A DNA stretch of 64,000 bases, taken from Octopus vulgaris. Taxonomy: Eukaryota. Shown here piece after piece: positions 39,386-53,012 of the stretch. A program made the position numbers and the translations under genes. Location of the stretch: the NCBI GenBank assembly GCA_951406725.2, contig OX597815.1, forward strand, positions 94,612,001 to 94,676,000. Direction: 5' to 3'. How positions within the stretch are numbered: position 1 is the stretch's first letter; every line of letters starts with the position of its first letter. The notes under the pieces were generated by a model. The model had not been told where the DNA came from. It saw nothing but the letters and a program-made list of their open reading frames with translations, and did not search any database.

Positions 39386-41608
39386 TAAGAAAAAGAGACA
39401 AAGTAGAAAATGCTAAAAGCATTTTATCATGAAGTACCTTTTTGTACCGGTTCCGTCGTTTAGACTTTTACAAGTAAAATAAGAAAAACAATAAAATTGG
39501 AGAAAAAAAATAAGTGTAATGTTTTGTAAATATTCCATAGTCTTCAAATAAGTAAATATTGCCAAGTCTTCAAGTAGTCTCTCTCTCTCTCTTTTTCTGA
39601 ACGCTTGGTAGGTAGGTAGTAGTAAATTTGAAGGGATAGTTTATGAGTACAGAGAAATGGTGGTTTAAGCAGAAGCAGTTTATAGAGGCAATCCAATTTT
39701 GGCTAGATAATTACTCGAATAAAGTCCTACACCGCATGAAAAAAGAATTCGTAATAGAAGGACTAAGATTCATCTTGTAAAATAACTTCTTCATATTCAA
39801 TGACAACTTCTATCGACAGGTATCGGGGACTGCAATTGCGAATTCCAATGGCTACCTCCTTTGCTAACCTAGTCATAGGGTACCTAGAAATCTGTCTTTA
39901 ATGCAGGGTACTAGAGAAATACGGAAACCAATACTCCCTGTTCATAGAAAATAACTAGAAAAGATATCTAGATGACTGTTTCATTCTTTGGAACGAAAGT
40001 ATAGAGAGACTTCAAGAATTTCAAGCACTTCTGAATGGATGTGATATAAATACTCAATTTATGATGGAATATAGCCACCAACAACTTCCATTCCTCAACA
40101 TCCTCATTAAGAAATCGAACAACAAAATAGAAACAGACATATATTACATGCCCACGGACTCCAAGCAATATCTGCCATTCAACTCATGCCATCCCATTAG
40201 AATGAATATCCCTTACAACCTGGCAAAAAGGATTTGTATTAACGCATCTGATACAAGCACAAGTATCTGATACATGACTGCATAAGCTAAAAGATACACT
40301 CATCAGCAGAAACTACCCACTACCACTAAATGATATAGGCTTTCAAAGTACCCTACAACTCAATATTCACGAACTCAGACACCCCAAACTAAAGAAGGAT
40401 TTACAACCAAAAGGCCTGCCATGCATATGCACGCACAACCACCTAAACAATGGCGCCTTTGACACCATCCTCCAGAACATCCTTTTACTAAAAAGAAACC
40501 ACAAAATGGATCAAATCCTCCAGACGCACACCAGCATAAAGAGCACAAGACAGCCCAAGTCAATGAAAGTCTGCTAACACAGGTCCAAGTATACTTGTCT
40601 ACAACATTGAAAACGATTGCAAAAAATGCGCAAGACCTAACTGTGGTATATGTGTCAACCTAATTCAGGGATCAGAATTCTCCTTCAGAGTGAAAGTTTT
40701 ACAGTGAAAAACAATTTCACATGTGCTTCGAAAAACTTAATATATGTATTAACTTGCCCAGGATGTCGAGAACAATATATTGGTCAAACTAAAAACAGTC
40801 TACACCAGAGAATGACGGTACATAGATCACAAATTAAAATACGAGAATACAGAAAAATAGAATTAAGCGAGCACATGGATATTTGCGCCACTACCGAACA
40901 ACCCAACTTTAGAATTTTTCCCCTCTATAAATTCAATGCATCCTATAAACAGCGCATTAGCAAGGAAGTATTTTTATCGCAAAATATAAACCTAATTTGA
41001 ATGCCTCCACGGATGAAACTACTACAAGAATTTAGAACAATTCCAACCACTACTGCTACGGCCACAAATGTCACTTTTAGGTCATTTGACGAATAAAGAA
41101 GATTCCACGAACGATCTTCTGCGTCACAGCACTTCTGTATTTTTATTTTTATTTTCTTTCTCCTTCTTCCTCTTTCCCAACTCCTACTTTTTCCTCCTCC
41201 TCCCCTCCACCTTCTCCTCCCCTCCCCCTCCTCCTTCTTCCCCCTCCTCCACTTCTTTTTCTTCTTCTTCTTCTTCTTCTTCTTCTTCTTCTTCTTCTTC
41301 TTCTCGTTGACTCCGGCTAAAACCATCAATTCTTACTCATAAACTTTCTCTTCAAACTTACTACTACCTACCATGCATTCACAAAAGAAGAGAGAGAGAG
41401 AGAGCCAGACTATCTGAAGACTATGGAAATATTTACCTTTATGAAGACTGGAAATATTTACAAAACATTTCACTTATTTTTGTTTCTCCAATTTAATTGT
41501 TTTCCTTACTTTACTTTTAGTTGAAAACGTCTAAACGACGGAAACCAGTACTAAAATGTACTTCATGATAAAACTATTTTAGCATTTTCTACCCTGTCTT
41601 TTTTCTTT
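39386..41608 (+). mobile_element. Penelope-like element (RT + GIY-YIG, Neptune-like), 5'-truncated, with ~290-bp inverted pseudo-LTRs
   Basis: SFANLVIG, RYLDDCF, LPFLNI, TDSKQYLPFNSCHP, FTCASKNLIYVLTCPGCREQYIGQT; 39386-39675 is the reverse complement of ~41312-41608. Confidence 0.9.
41515..41556 (+). ncRNA. U3-A8 hammerhead motif in the 3' pseudo-LTR (decayed inverted copy at 39440-39479)
   Basis: ttttag-TTGAAAA-cgtc[taaac]gacg-GAAAC-ca-GTA-ctaaaa. Confidence 0.8.
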
Positions 41609-41641
41609 ATAAACATCAACTCGTGTGTTACCTTTCTAACT

Positions 41642-41710
<69 letters not shown>

Positions 41711-41711
41711 C

Positions 41712-41752
<41 letters not shown>

Positions 41753-41754
<2 letters not shown>

Positions 41755-42082
41755 CAACTTATAAACAAGTGCAAAAGAAAAAACTTTCCAGTGCCAAAGA
41801 TGCCGAAAATAGACTTAAATCTTCAATAACTACATATAATTAATCACTATTAGCACGCGTACCGAAGTAAGCCGACTGAAATTTCTGAAAAAAATTCCGT
41901 TTATTACCCGACAGAAATTTCTAAAAAATTCCGTTATTACCGAATCGGTCCGATTTCTGTCGGCTTGCTTTGGGACGCGTGCTTATAATGATGAATTATA
42001 TGTGGTTATTGATGATTTAGGTCTATTTCCGGCATATTAGGCACTGGAATTTTTTTCTCTTTTGCCCTTGTTTATAAGTTGT
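41753..42082. mobile_element. Hairpin/foldback element with ~130-bp arms
   Basis: 41753-41883 vs 41952-42082 inverted; spacer holds a tandem ~35-bp duplication. Confidence 0.75.
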
Positions 42083-42187
42083 TTATAAATTTAACCTTAA
42101 AAAGTATTTTTTAATATGCTGGCCACTGATAAAATCTTTTCGAAAATTTTATCCTATATTTTATATATATATATATATATTATATAT

Positions 42188-42231
<44 letters not shown>

Positions 42232-42799
42232 CATACATAGATACATACATACATACATACATATAGATGTGTGTGTGTATATATACATATGTGTGTATAC
42301 GCACACATATAATCCAGTGTATGACTTTAAACTGCTTCCTGTTGTGGAACTCCTGGTTCGGGAGGTCAAGGGTTTTGAGGAGTATGGATTTACCTCCAAC
42401 CCAGTATTTTTCTCAGGATTTCTCAGATCCGGAGTAGTAGCACTTGTCCAGGTCCCAGTTATTGATTAACTAATATATGTGACGACAATCCATCGAAGTG
42501 CTGGGACGCAGTTATAGCTTTGGTTGCTGTTAGGCTGTACGGTAAAACCACCGAGAGTGAGTGACCCCCCAAGCTGTTGTAGTCTGCATCCTTCTAGGAG
42601 AGAGACACTGATGTAATATCTACCGTTCTACGTCATTACTGGTCATCTGGTTTCGGTCTATCACTAAATACAAACCACGGAGACTCAGAGAATGCTACTC
42701 GTGTTGTAAAGGCCTTTATCACTACAATCCAGTGACGTACAGATGTTTCTTTAAAATGACCTCATTTGTCATTCCATCTACTGAAAGCCCTTTGGTGGT

Positions 42800-42970
42800 G
42801 TGAGTGTGACTATAAGTGCATACTTGAGCAGCTGGAAGCGCACAGGATGTTATAACTTTCGTTGTCCACTTTGCTGCAAGTCATGCAGAAATGCAGTGGG
42901 ACCGAAATGTCACCTGAGAAGTCGTGGACGGAAAATCAGAAATGCCATTGACAACGAGGAAGCACAAGGA
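42800..42970 (+). mobile_element. RTE LINE 3'-terminal zinc-finger fragment
   Basis: FRCPLCCKSCRNAVGPKCHLRS resembles the RTE/BovB C-terminal CxxCxxxCxxxxGLxxHxR. Confidence 0.55.
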
Positions 42971-45777
42971 AACAACAGTTATTTGTGAAGATGGAGCACA
43001 CACACACACATACACATTTATATATAGATATTTGTATAGAATAAATAGTTAAGTACAATTTGTCGTATATTGGCATTATAGAATTCAAATATAGAAATAT
43101 TGTATTGTGTAAGGGGCAGGGGCAACAGTGTAGTAAGTGAAGACAGGTAACAAGTAACGGAATGGGTAAATGTTTGGTAAAGTGAATAACATATTGTACT
43201 AAACGGGATCGTTTAACGATAAAGATATTTAAGTATAAAAGACATGATGGAAAGAGAAAATTGTTTGAATCATCTAGGTCCCATTGTCTGGGTGAAAGTT
43301 GATGGAAGTTGCAAATTATATTTAAGAAATGAACTCGGAAAAGTGACAAATTACACAAAGATTACACGTAGCAGGAAATTTCTTTTCTTCCGTCTGGTCT
43401 GATATAAATGTTTCTTGTTATTGCCATTTGGCACCCGATCCAGAAATTCTATGATCAAAGACAGTTTAGCTGGTGGTTTTATTTAGACATCGAGTAACGA
43501 GACCATCATTATCGAACGCGTGTCATTTGGTGGAGATATTGTCTGTAATATTGTATGCATCGAGTGACCATATAGATGCCCTCTCATTAATTTGATCTAC
43601 TAAATTATCATGTGCTTTATCTATTTTCATTTTACTCGGCCTTGAAAAAAATTTAATTATTTTACTAAAAACAAAACAAAAAACAAACTCTAAACCTAAG
43701 CATTAATAATTTTGTACAATCATCTCCTATCTCAAAAAGTATGACTTTTTCAAGCACATTGGCGTTATTTATGCATCATATTTGATATAGTTTCTTCAGA
43801 ATTGTTCGCCTCCTACACATGTTGGCAATTTTACATCATTCTAGACTTTGAACGAAATCATTTCATTTGAGCATTTTATATATATTAGTTTTTCTTAAAT
43901 TTTTTTGTGATTATCGCTGCAGTTTCTTACTCTTTCTCACACTCAGTCATACTCTCTCTTCTTCTTCTTCTTCTTCTCTCTCTCTCTCTCTCTCTCTGTT
44001 GCTATTTATTGCCTTTTATTGACTTGTTGGCATCGATGTAATTATGGCTGCCCATAATAAGAAGCAGTAAAGTAGTAAAATAGCAAAGGCAAGATTACGA
44101 TTCCAAGTATTGGTACGTTTCGAAATACAAAGAGCTAATAACAGTAATGCACTATTAATATACTCTTATAGAAGTTTTAGATTAAAAAAAAGAATGAAAC
44201 AAAAAGGAAATATATGAAAGAAAAACTAAATATATTGACTAAAATACACTGTTTTGAAGGAGGGTGACGGAAGCGGGGCTGCGTAATCATAAGAAATGTG
44301 ATGTCTACGTGGTTTAAGATAAAATTTGCGCACACATATAAATACATACTCTGTTGTAATATGCTAGTGTGTTTTTGAGTTCTGTGTAGCTGGATATATA
44401 CACAAAGAGATGATTTTATAAGAATAAATACATAAAGAAAATATTCTTAGCTAAATACATCAAACGATATTTAATAACAATGAAGAAGTCAGCTTTCTTT
44501 ATTTCTCCAGAATATATGTATCTATAGAGCGTGTGCTTAACAATGGTTGGTTGAATCCTATAGAATATCTCAGTTAATGCTAGCTCTTAAAATCTAAGAC
44601 CACCACACAATTAGGCAGATGCTCAAGAAAACCCATTTTCTTTCCATGAATACATATCGGGATAAACACAAGATATATGTAAACTAAGTTATCTTTCAAC
44701 CAATTCTTTTTCTGTCATTCTTGGTTATGTATATGATAATATTTCCTTCCCACATTCCATTTATCTTTTATCTACATTCCCGTCATTATCATCACCATCA
44801 GCAATATCAAAGTGATCATCATAGCTATCGGTAGCCTTGACACCATCAAGATATCCGCTTGCATCCGCATGCTTTTCCTGTTTTCTTCAAACGCCAAAAT
44901 CGTTTCCTTGAATATCGCACCACCTTTTGTCACGTGGACTATTCGTATTTCTTTCAGCTCCTAATTATCCCTTTCTACTTTATTCCTTCCCATTTGTCAT
45001 TTATTCATCTCTAACTCCTATTCTCTTTCTAAGCTTACCTATTTTTCTCTCCGGCAACTGAGGTATTTAACTCTGAATATATTCATAGAACACCAGGTTG
45101 GTTAATAATAGCTATAGAGCGAAATGTTTAACGCATTACAATATTTGACATCATTCGCTTCGTTCAGGGCTCGAATCCAGCGTCAACCGTGTTTGCTATT
45201 TCTCTTCCCCTAAGTTAATGTCAGTTTTCACTAATATTATGGAATTTGCTCAAATGATTACATGAAAAAGGAAAAACCAAAACCAAAACTCAACTGTCGT
45301 ATGCATAATCCATATGACATACCTACAAATACACGCGCATACACTCATTTTTATATATTTATAGTTATAAAGTAAAAATTTATGGATATCAATAAAAGCA
45401 TACCAGATGTTTCACATTCTTTAAGCGCCCGCACTCATCTAATAAAATAAACACATGCACTTCCACACACACACACACACAGACAGACACACACACATAT
45501 ATATATATATATACTCACACACATTAATGCACATTACTGCACATATACTCTTATATGTGAGTGTATCTAGGTAAACAACCACCCCCGCGCACACACATAT
45601 ATCTACGTATGTATATATACATATATATACATTTATATATACATATATGTATATATATATATGTATATATATATGTATATATATATATATATATACAGAC
45701 ACACACATACGTATCTATCTGTATCTGCACCTTTCCCCCTTTTTAACGTCTTCGTTCTATCTATCTGTCTATCTATC

Positions 45778-45843
<66 letters not shown>

Positions 45844-46511
45844 CACAAATGTGTGGGTATAAACGTATACATACATATATGCATATATATACTTGTATGT
45901 ACTAACTTATTCCTATATGTTTCTATACATGCTTGTGCACATGAATGCAAATATAAACACACACATGCATTTATAAAGGTATATATACACCCGTACATAG
46001 TATGAAATGATTATGAAATTTAATATTAAGAAAATCAATGAAATTTTCAAAATCTGTAATATGTAATAAAAGAATATGCATATTCAGTGTTTAAAATATA
46101 TGAATTGAATATTGCATAATACATAATATTATGTACGTATGTATGTATGGATGGATGTGTGTATGTATGTGTGTATGTATGTATCTATGGATGCATGCAT
46201 GTATGTATTATATGTTTCTATATATTTATCTAACTACATATTAATAGAAATAACGGGCATAAAATCCTGATAGAAATACAAGAAATATAAAGAATATTAT
46301 CGATAAAAGGAATATATACATGCAAGTATATAACCTATATCTTTATAGATATTTATAAAATAAAATGTGTAAGCGAATTACAGCAAGAAACTAACAATAT
46401 ACAGAAGATTTAATAAACTATCTTATATAATCTCCATCATATATATTATAAAATAAGCAATTCAACCCATGAAATGCATACATAATACAAAGTACACTAT
46501 ATATTTGCTTT

Positions 46512-46583
<72 letters not shown>

Positions 46584-46639
46584 CGTGTGAGTATGTGTGT
46601 GTATGTGTATGTATGTGTGTGTGTGTGTGTGTGTAATGG

Positions 46640-46810
46640 ACTAAAAGTTTAGCCCATGGTCAGAAACGTTACAGGGGAGGGTGTGGTCAATTACATCTGC
46701 TCCAGTGCTCAACAGGTACGTATTACATCGATTCCTGAAAAGATGAACGGCAACTAAACCTCAGAGGCATTTGAACTCAGAACTTAAAGGCGGAAGAAAT
46801 TTGGTTCAAA
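46640..46810 (-). mobile_element. Decayed copy of the SINE family at 54866-55086
   Basis: TTTGAACTCAGAAC and GGTAC..ATT..ATCGA..GAAAAGATGAA match the reverse complement. Confidence 0.55.
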
Positions 46811-47789
46811 TGTTGGTGCCTATGTGAGTTTTTCGAGTGTTTGTGTGAGTATGTGCGTGTGTGTATGTGTATACCTGTTAGTATATGCGCTTATGTGTAT
46901 ATACGTATTTCATTTCAGTGAATTCCTACGCACATCATCCTTGTTATACATATTCTCTATGAATCAGGAATCAGTTACGTAAGGTGTTAGATGTTAGTGT
47001 AATTCTGAGTAAATTTTAATGTTTGATACTAATGTGCTCAAAGAAAAGGAAAAAAAACCGAATTCATAGTTAAATTGTATTCATTATATTCCTAAAGGAT
47101 ATCGAAAGCTAATCTCTTTTCTGTTGTCTCTGTCATCTCATAATATTGAAGCTTTAACATTAACATTTTAGCCAAGTTAATATTTCAAAGGTATACTGTA
47201 TTCTCTCTTCGAACGCAAATTGGTCCTATCGTCGAAAATATAAAGAAACACATTTTCTCCTATATGTTTCATAATTATCTTCACCCCATTAGTTTTCTGT
47301 TTCCTATATAGCGAGATTAGGTCTATGTCAATCGATTAATATGATTGTTAGATGTAAATCTATTATTAAAAATGGCTCAATAGATTTCTCAATTCTGAGA
47401 AACCAGTAAATAATATAAAAGTTTCTTTTTCTTATCAAAGTATTTTTATAATGTCGATAGCAGTGCCACAGCATAGCCATAATACAACGACTGAAAATCA
47501 GTAATAGTATTACAAAATATTCCAGACATTGACTGGCCTTTACTTGCTAACTACTTTAGGGGGAAAAAATAAGATTCAATATGAAATACCTTTGAGATGA
47601 GATAAATATCATCAACATAGGCGCAGGAGTAGCTGTGTGGTAAAAAACTTGCTTCCCATCTACATGATTGCGTTTTCAGTCCCACTGCATGACACTTTGG
47701 GCAAGTGTCTTCAACTATAGCCTCGGGCAGGCCAACAGAAGAGTGAGAGAAAGTTCAGGCGAAAGAGTATAGAGGGATTGCCACCACCC

Positions 47790-47867
47790 CCTGCCGGAGC
47801 CTGGGGATCGAAACCGCGATCCTACAACCGCGAGTCCGCTGCTCTATCCACTGAGCCATTGCGCCTC

Positions 47868-47868
<1 letters not shown>
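47790..47868 (-). mobile_element. tRNA-derived SINE head of a second family
   Basis: A box TGGCTCAGTGG and B box GTTTCGATCC on the minus strand. Confidence 0.7.
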
Positions 47869-47900
<32 letters not shown>

Positions 47901-47903
47901 CAA

Positions 47904-48140
47904 CAAGGTGGCCCAAAAGTAGGTTTACAGTTACCACGTAGGCATTTTAAATTTCTTTTAAAACATTTTATTACATTAAATTTCTATCTTACAAACTGAA
48001 GAGGGAGCTTGGCAAAAAATTAACTAACTTAGCATAGAATAATAGCTTCTTATGTTTTTTTTCATAATTAGGATCTAAACTGTTACTATATGAATGCGAA
48101 AGAGATAGTTGAATAACTGTAAACCTACTTTTGGGCCAGC

Positions 48141-48143
<3 letters not shown>
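47904..48143. mobile_element. Tc1/mariner-type MITE, 240 bp, 30-bp TIRs
   Basis: CAAGGTGGCCCAAAAGTAGGTTTACAGTTA ... TAACTGTAAACCTACTTTTGGGCCAGCCTG|TA. Confidence 0.9.
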
Positions 48144-48189
<46 letters not shown>

Positions 48190-48922
48190 TATATATATAT
48201 ACATACATACATACATATATACATACATACATACATATACATATGTGTGTATATGCATTTTATATGTGTCTTTGTTTCTCTTTTTCCCCCCATCCACCAT
48301 TGACAACCGATGTTGATGTATTTATGTTCCCGTAACTTAGCGGTTCGGCAAAAATTACTGATAGAATAAATACTAGGCTTAGAATGAATAAGCCCTGGGG
48401 TTCATTTGTCGACTAACGTCCTTTAAGGCGGTGCTCCATCATAGCCGCAGTCAAATGACTGAAACAAGTATAGGAATACCATAATTTATTGCTAGCATGA
48501 TGTTATAGTTAGTTAATTTCTGTCTAAATTGTGAAACCTCTATACTATAAAGAGGTTTGCTGAAGTCTTGAGCAATTTCAAATTTACCATCTGTTGTTTT
48601 TAAAGTTAATAGTCATATTTAAATATATGGTCGTTTAAACTTACACCAATTTCATCAGTAACCATAGTTGAAATGGCAGGAATGGGCTTGATCACGTCAA
48701 ACGAATTCAATTTTTACCTGAGGCATTTTTAATTGCAGAAGTGATGTAGGGTTAGAGTTAGGATCTTGTGGAACAATTTCTACTGGTTATGTTTGCGAGA
48801 AATTCTTGTATGTAAAACTCGGAAAAAATCCTGCACAGAATTGAAACTATAATGATGCTACCTACAACAGAATATCATAAATATATTATAAAAATCTTTC
48901 GTCCTATGAGAGAAATATCAAT

Positions 48923-49050
48923 AGGTGTCGCTGTGTGTTAAGAATTTTGCTTCCCAACCATATGTATCGAAGTTCAGTCCCACTGTGTGGCACTTTCGAC
49001 ACGAGTCTTCTACTATAGCTTCCTGACGATTAAAGCCTTGTGATTAAATT
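48923..49050 (+). mobile_element. Decayed SINE head (26832 family)
   Basis: GCTTCCCAACCA..GTTCAGTCCCACTG..GTCTTCTACTATAGC. Confidence 0.7.
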
Positions 49051-49074
49051 TATTGAATTCCTTCCTAGTTCTTC

Positions 49075-49780
49075 TGCCTAGCTTTGCTACTTCAGATTTT
49101 TGTCCGATCTACAAAAGCTGATGAGTATCTAAGTAATGGTACTGTCTAAATATTTACAGCTCTCTCTAGATTCGGACCATTTAGCTTTGGTTTCATTAGC
49201 TTCCTCACCTTCTAATATACTCCTCAAATGTCGTTTTCATTTCTACAGTTGGCACTCTGTCAGATTCTAATACTCCTAGATACTTATAACTATCTCCTCC
49301 TTTCAATAGCCATTTGGTAATTGGATGCCTTCACTTATCTATGCCAAATTCCATGCCTGTATCTTTGCTGAAGTGTCTTACCGTCTGTATTAAGAATTCT
49401 CTTTTTCATTCTTACTAAAAGAACTTCAGGTCATCCATGTAGAGCAAATGGTCAATTTTCCCCTTACTATTCTGAATTGATAGCCTGCCTATGTCTTCCT
49501 TAATACTAAACTGACAGGGATCAAACAGACAAATATTAAAGGGAACAACGAGCCCCCCCTGGAAAATTCCTCTTTCTATATTAACTTTCCCTAACAGTGT
49601 GTCACCTGAGTATAGATCTTGTTTCCATTTCTTCATTCTAAAGCAAATTAATTCTCTTGTGGTGTCTGCTATACTGAATATACTAAAACATTCATTTATC
49701 CATGAGGCCTTCCTTTAATCTATCCATGCTATTTTTCTTTCTAGCTTTTACTTCATTTGGAACTGCTTTGTCACTGTATA
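49075..49780 (-). mobile_element. R4/Dong-type RT fragment
   Basis: AWID..RKA, RGIFQG, HLLYMDDLK, YKYLGVLES. Confidence 0.8.
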
Positions 49781-50146
49781 TGTTTCTCTCGTAGTTATGA
49801 TTATTATTGATGTACCAGCGAGAGACCAAGAAGAAACAGCAATGTGCACATATATAAAGGTCTTGTATAAATGTGAATGTATATGTAATTAATATTTAAA
49901 ATTTTAAAATTAAAATTTTACTCACAGATTTGCAGTTTGCGTATAAAATATTGCTATCCAAATGTTTACATTTTTACGCACATGTTGCTGTGGCAGTGCA
50001 TCGGGGGAAGCTATTTTTTGTGTATATGTATCAGAAAAATCTTTCAGTTTGCTGAGATGGCTTATATTAAGACAACTTTCTTTCATTGTTTTTACTATTT
50101 AATTCCTGCTTCTCGGCACCTGGCTGTCACAGGTCCATGCGGTATT

Positions 50147-50147
50147 A

Positions 50148-50212
<65 letters not shown>

Positions 50213-50235
50213 TATCATCATTATTATCATCATCA

Positions 50236-50310
<75 letters not shown>

Positions 50311-50345
50311 TATCATCATTATTATTATCATCATTATTATTATCA

Positions 50346-50428
<83 letters not shown>

Positions 50429-50463
50429 GTTCTTCTTCTTATTGTTGTTGCTGTTGTGATCGT

Positions 50464-50505
<42 letters not shown>
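50147..50505. repeat. Compound (TTA)/(ATC)/(AAT)n microsatellite
   Basis: Directly visible. Confidence 0.95.
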
Positions 50506-52929
50506 TATAAGGCACTCACGAAGGCCCATAATTGGAAATCTCCCGGTAAAGATAGGGTGCCGAATTTCTGGCTCGCATCGCTCCCGTGCGCACACGGCAA
50601 GCTAGTTCAGCTGCTCAATGGAATTTTGAGAGACCCAAAGAAAACACCTGAATGGTTAGCAAGTGGCATTACTTACCTACTCCCAAAGAATAACGAAACC
50701 AACCTTCCAAAAAACTATCGGCCTATATAACCTGTCTATCCACCACGTATAAAATCCTAACATCTATCCTGGCGGAGAAAACATATGCATTCATGGAGAA
50801 GAACGATATTTTCGCCATTGAACAAAAAGGGTGCCGCCGAGGCTCTTACGGATGCAAAGATCAACTGCTAATCAATCGTATGATCCTTGAGAACTGTCAC
50901 AACAAGCGCAGAAATCTCAGCACCGCATGGATTGACTATAAAAAGGCCTTCGACAGTATACCGCATCCATGGATCTTGAGATCGCTGGACATCTTTAAAA
51001 TTTCCCCTGTGATTTCAAACTTCCTGAAGCACAATATGTCGTTGTGGAATACGAATCCCCAATTAAACCACTCTAATGGAGTACTTGCCTCAGAAAATAT
51101 AAACATCAACTGTGGAATTTTTCAAGGTGACTCACTTTCACCTTTAATATTCTGCATAGCCCTAATACCCCTTACAAGTGAATTAAACAGAACAGGGTAT
51201 GGGTATAAAATTGCCAATAAAAAAATAAGCCATCTATTTTATATGGATGACTTAAAACTTTATGGTAAAGACAATAATGAACTTGAAGGCCTATTGCGCA
51301 CCGTGAAAGCATTCAGCGATGACATCGGGATGGAGTTTGGACTTGAGAAGTGTGCCAAGGCCACTTTCCAGAAAGGGAAAGTGAAGACCACAAATTCAGT
51401 CGTGTTAGATGTTGACACAGTCATAAGAGAGCTTGAGCAAGAACAGACATACAAATATTTAGGGATAAATGAAGGCTCTGGTATTCAGCATGCAAGCATG
51501 AAAGAGAAAATCAGGAAGGAATGTTATAGGAGAGTTCGTGCAGTCCTGAAATCTGAACTAAATGCACGTAACAAGGTGTTAGCTATAAATTCCTTAGCAG
51601 TTCCAGTTGTTACTTATAGCTACAATGTGTTGAACTGGAATATGAGTGAAGTAATGAATATAGATAGAAAAATACGCAAGCTGCTGAGTTGTAATAGGAT
51701 GCACCACCCAAAGGCAGACGTAGATCGCCTTTACCTTCCCAGAGCCCAAGGAGGTCGAGGCCTGATCCAATTTGAACTAGCTTACAAAACAACCACAATT
51801 GGACTGGCCAAATATCTCGAAATATCGAATGACTGGATGCTAAAGCTCGTGGAAAATCACGAGAGACGAAAGAAGCTTCATTCTATCATCAAGGAAAGCA
51901 AAAAATTTGCTATTGATCTCGTGCAGGATACCCAAACTGAACAACCCGAGGGAAGTACGGCAACTATTGTTGCAAAGAAGGTGAAAATGATGGCAATGAA
52001 AAAAACGGCAAATATGTGACCCGCAGCAAACAAGCTGATGTTGACCAGAAGCAAACCCATCAGTGGCTGCGGAGCTCAGGGCTAAAAGCAGAGAGCGAAG
52101 GTTTCATCCTGGCTGCTCAAGACCAAAGCCTATTAACCCGGAACTACCAGGCCAATGTGATGAAAAATGGAGCAGACCCAAAATGCCGATTCTGCAACGA
52201 CATGATTGAAACAGTGGACCACCTAATCTCTGGATGTAAAGTCTTAGCACCAGTGGAGTATAAATTAAGACATGACAGAGTTGGCCAATATCTCCACTGG
52301 CTAATAAGTCGGCATTACAATATCAAAACTGCCGACAAGTGGTATAATCACCACCCTGAGGCTGTAACTGAAGGAGAAAATGTAACCATTCTGTGGGACT
52401 TTCCAGTACATACAGACCGAACCATCAAGGCCAATAAACCAGATATTGTTGTGAAAGACCAAAACAATAAAGTTTGCTTATTGATCGACATGAGCATCCC
52501 CTGTGATCATAATATCTCAGCGAAAGAGTTTGACAAGCTCAGAAAATATAAAGACCTACTCATTGAAATTGAGAAAATGTGGCATCTCAAGGCGGTTACA
52601 ATACCAGTGATCGTAGGAGCACTAGGAATGATCAAGAAGGGAACCGAAAATTATATGAGAATGATCCCTGGCTTACCATCCCTGCAAGAAGTGCAAAAGA
52701 TTGTCTTAACTGGTACATCACACGTATTGAGAAGAGCATTGTCGATGTGAGAACTGTTGCTTCTCATGTATTTTAATTTAACTTTAAAAAAACAAAAAAA
52801 AAAAAAAATGAACGAACTACTGAGTTTGGTTTAATGGCCTACCAATATACACTATGAGTTTCTTTGCCCTAGGAGTCGGGAAGACACTCGGCAAGAAATG
52901 GAAGAAAATTTGAAAGAAGAAAAAAAAAA

Positions 52930-52930
<1 letters not shown>
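50505..52930 (+). mobile_element. 5'-truncated R4/Dong-clade non-LTR retrotransposon (RT + CCHC + restriction-like endonuclease)
   Basis: KSPGKD, NYRPI, EQKG, DYKKAFD, GIFQGD, YMDD, CRFC..ETVDHLISGC, RHD, KPDIV, DMSIP, KLRKY; two frameshifts; (AAT)n on both sides. Confidence 0.95.
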
Positions 52931-52970
<40 letters not shown>

Positions 52971-53012
52971 TATTATTATTGTTATTATTATTGTTATTGT
53001 TATTATTATTAT

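Larger units (their letters stand above)
47618..48470 (+). mobile_element. SINE (26832 family) split by nested insertions
   Basis: Head at 47618-47735, tail at ~48260-48470 including GGCGGTGCTCC..CAGTCAAATGACTGAAAC. Confidence 0.75.

Noticed and set aside
47790-47868. Genuine tRNA gene
   Set aside because: A/B boxes are present but there is no closing acceptor stem; SINE head is more likely
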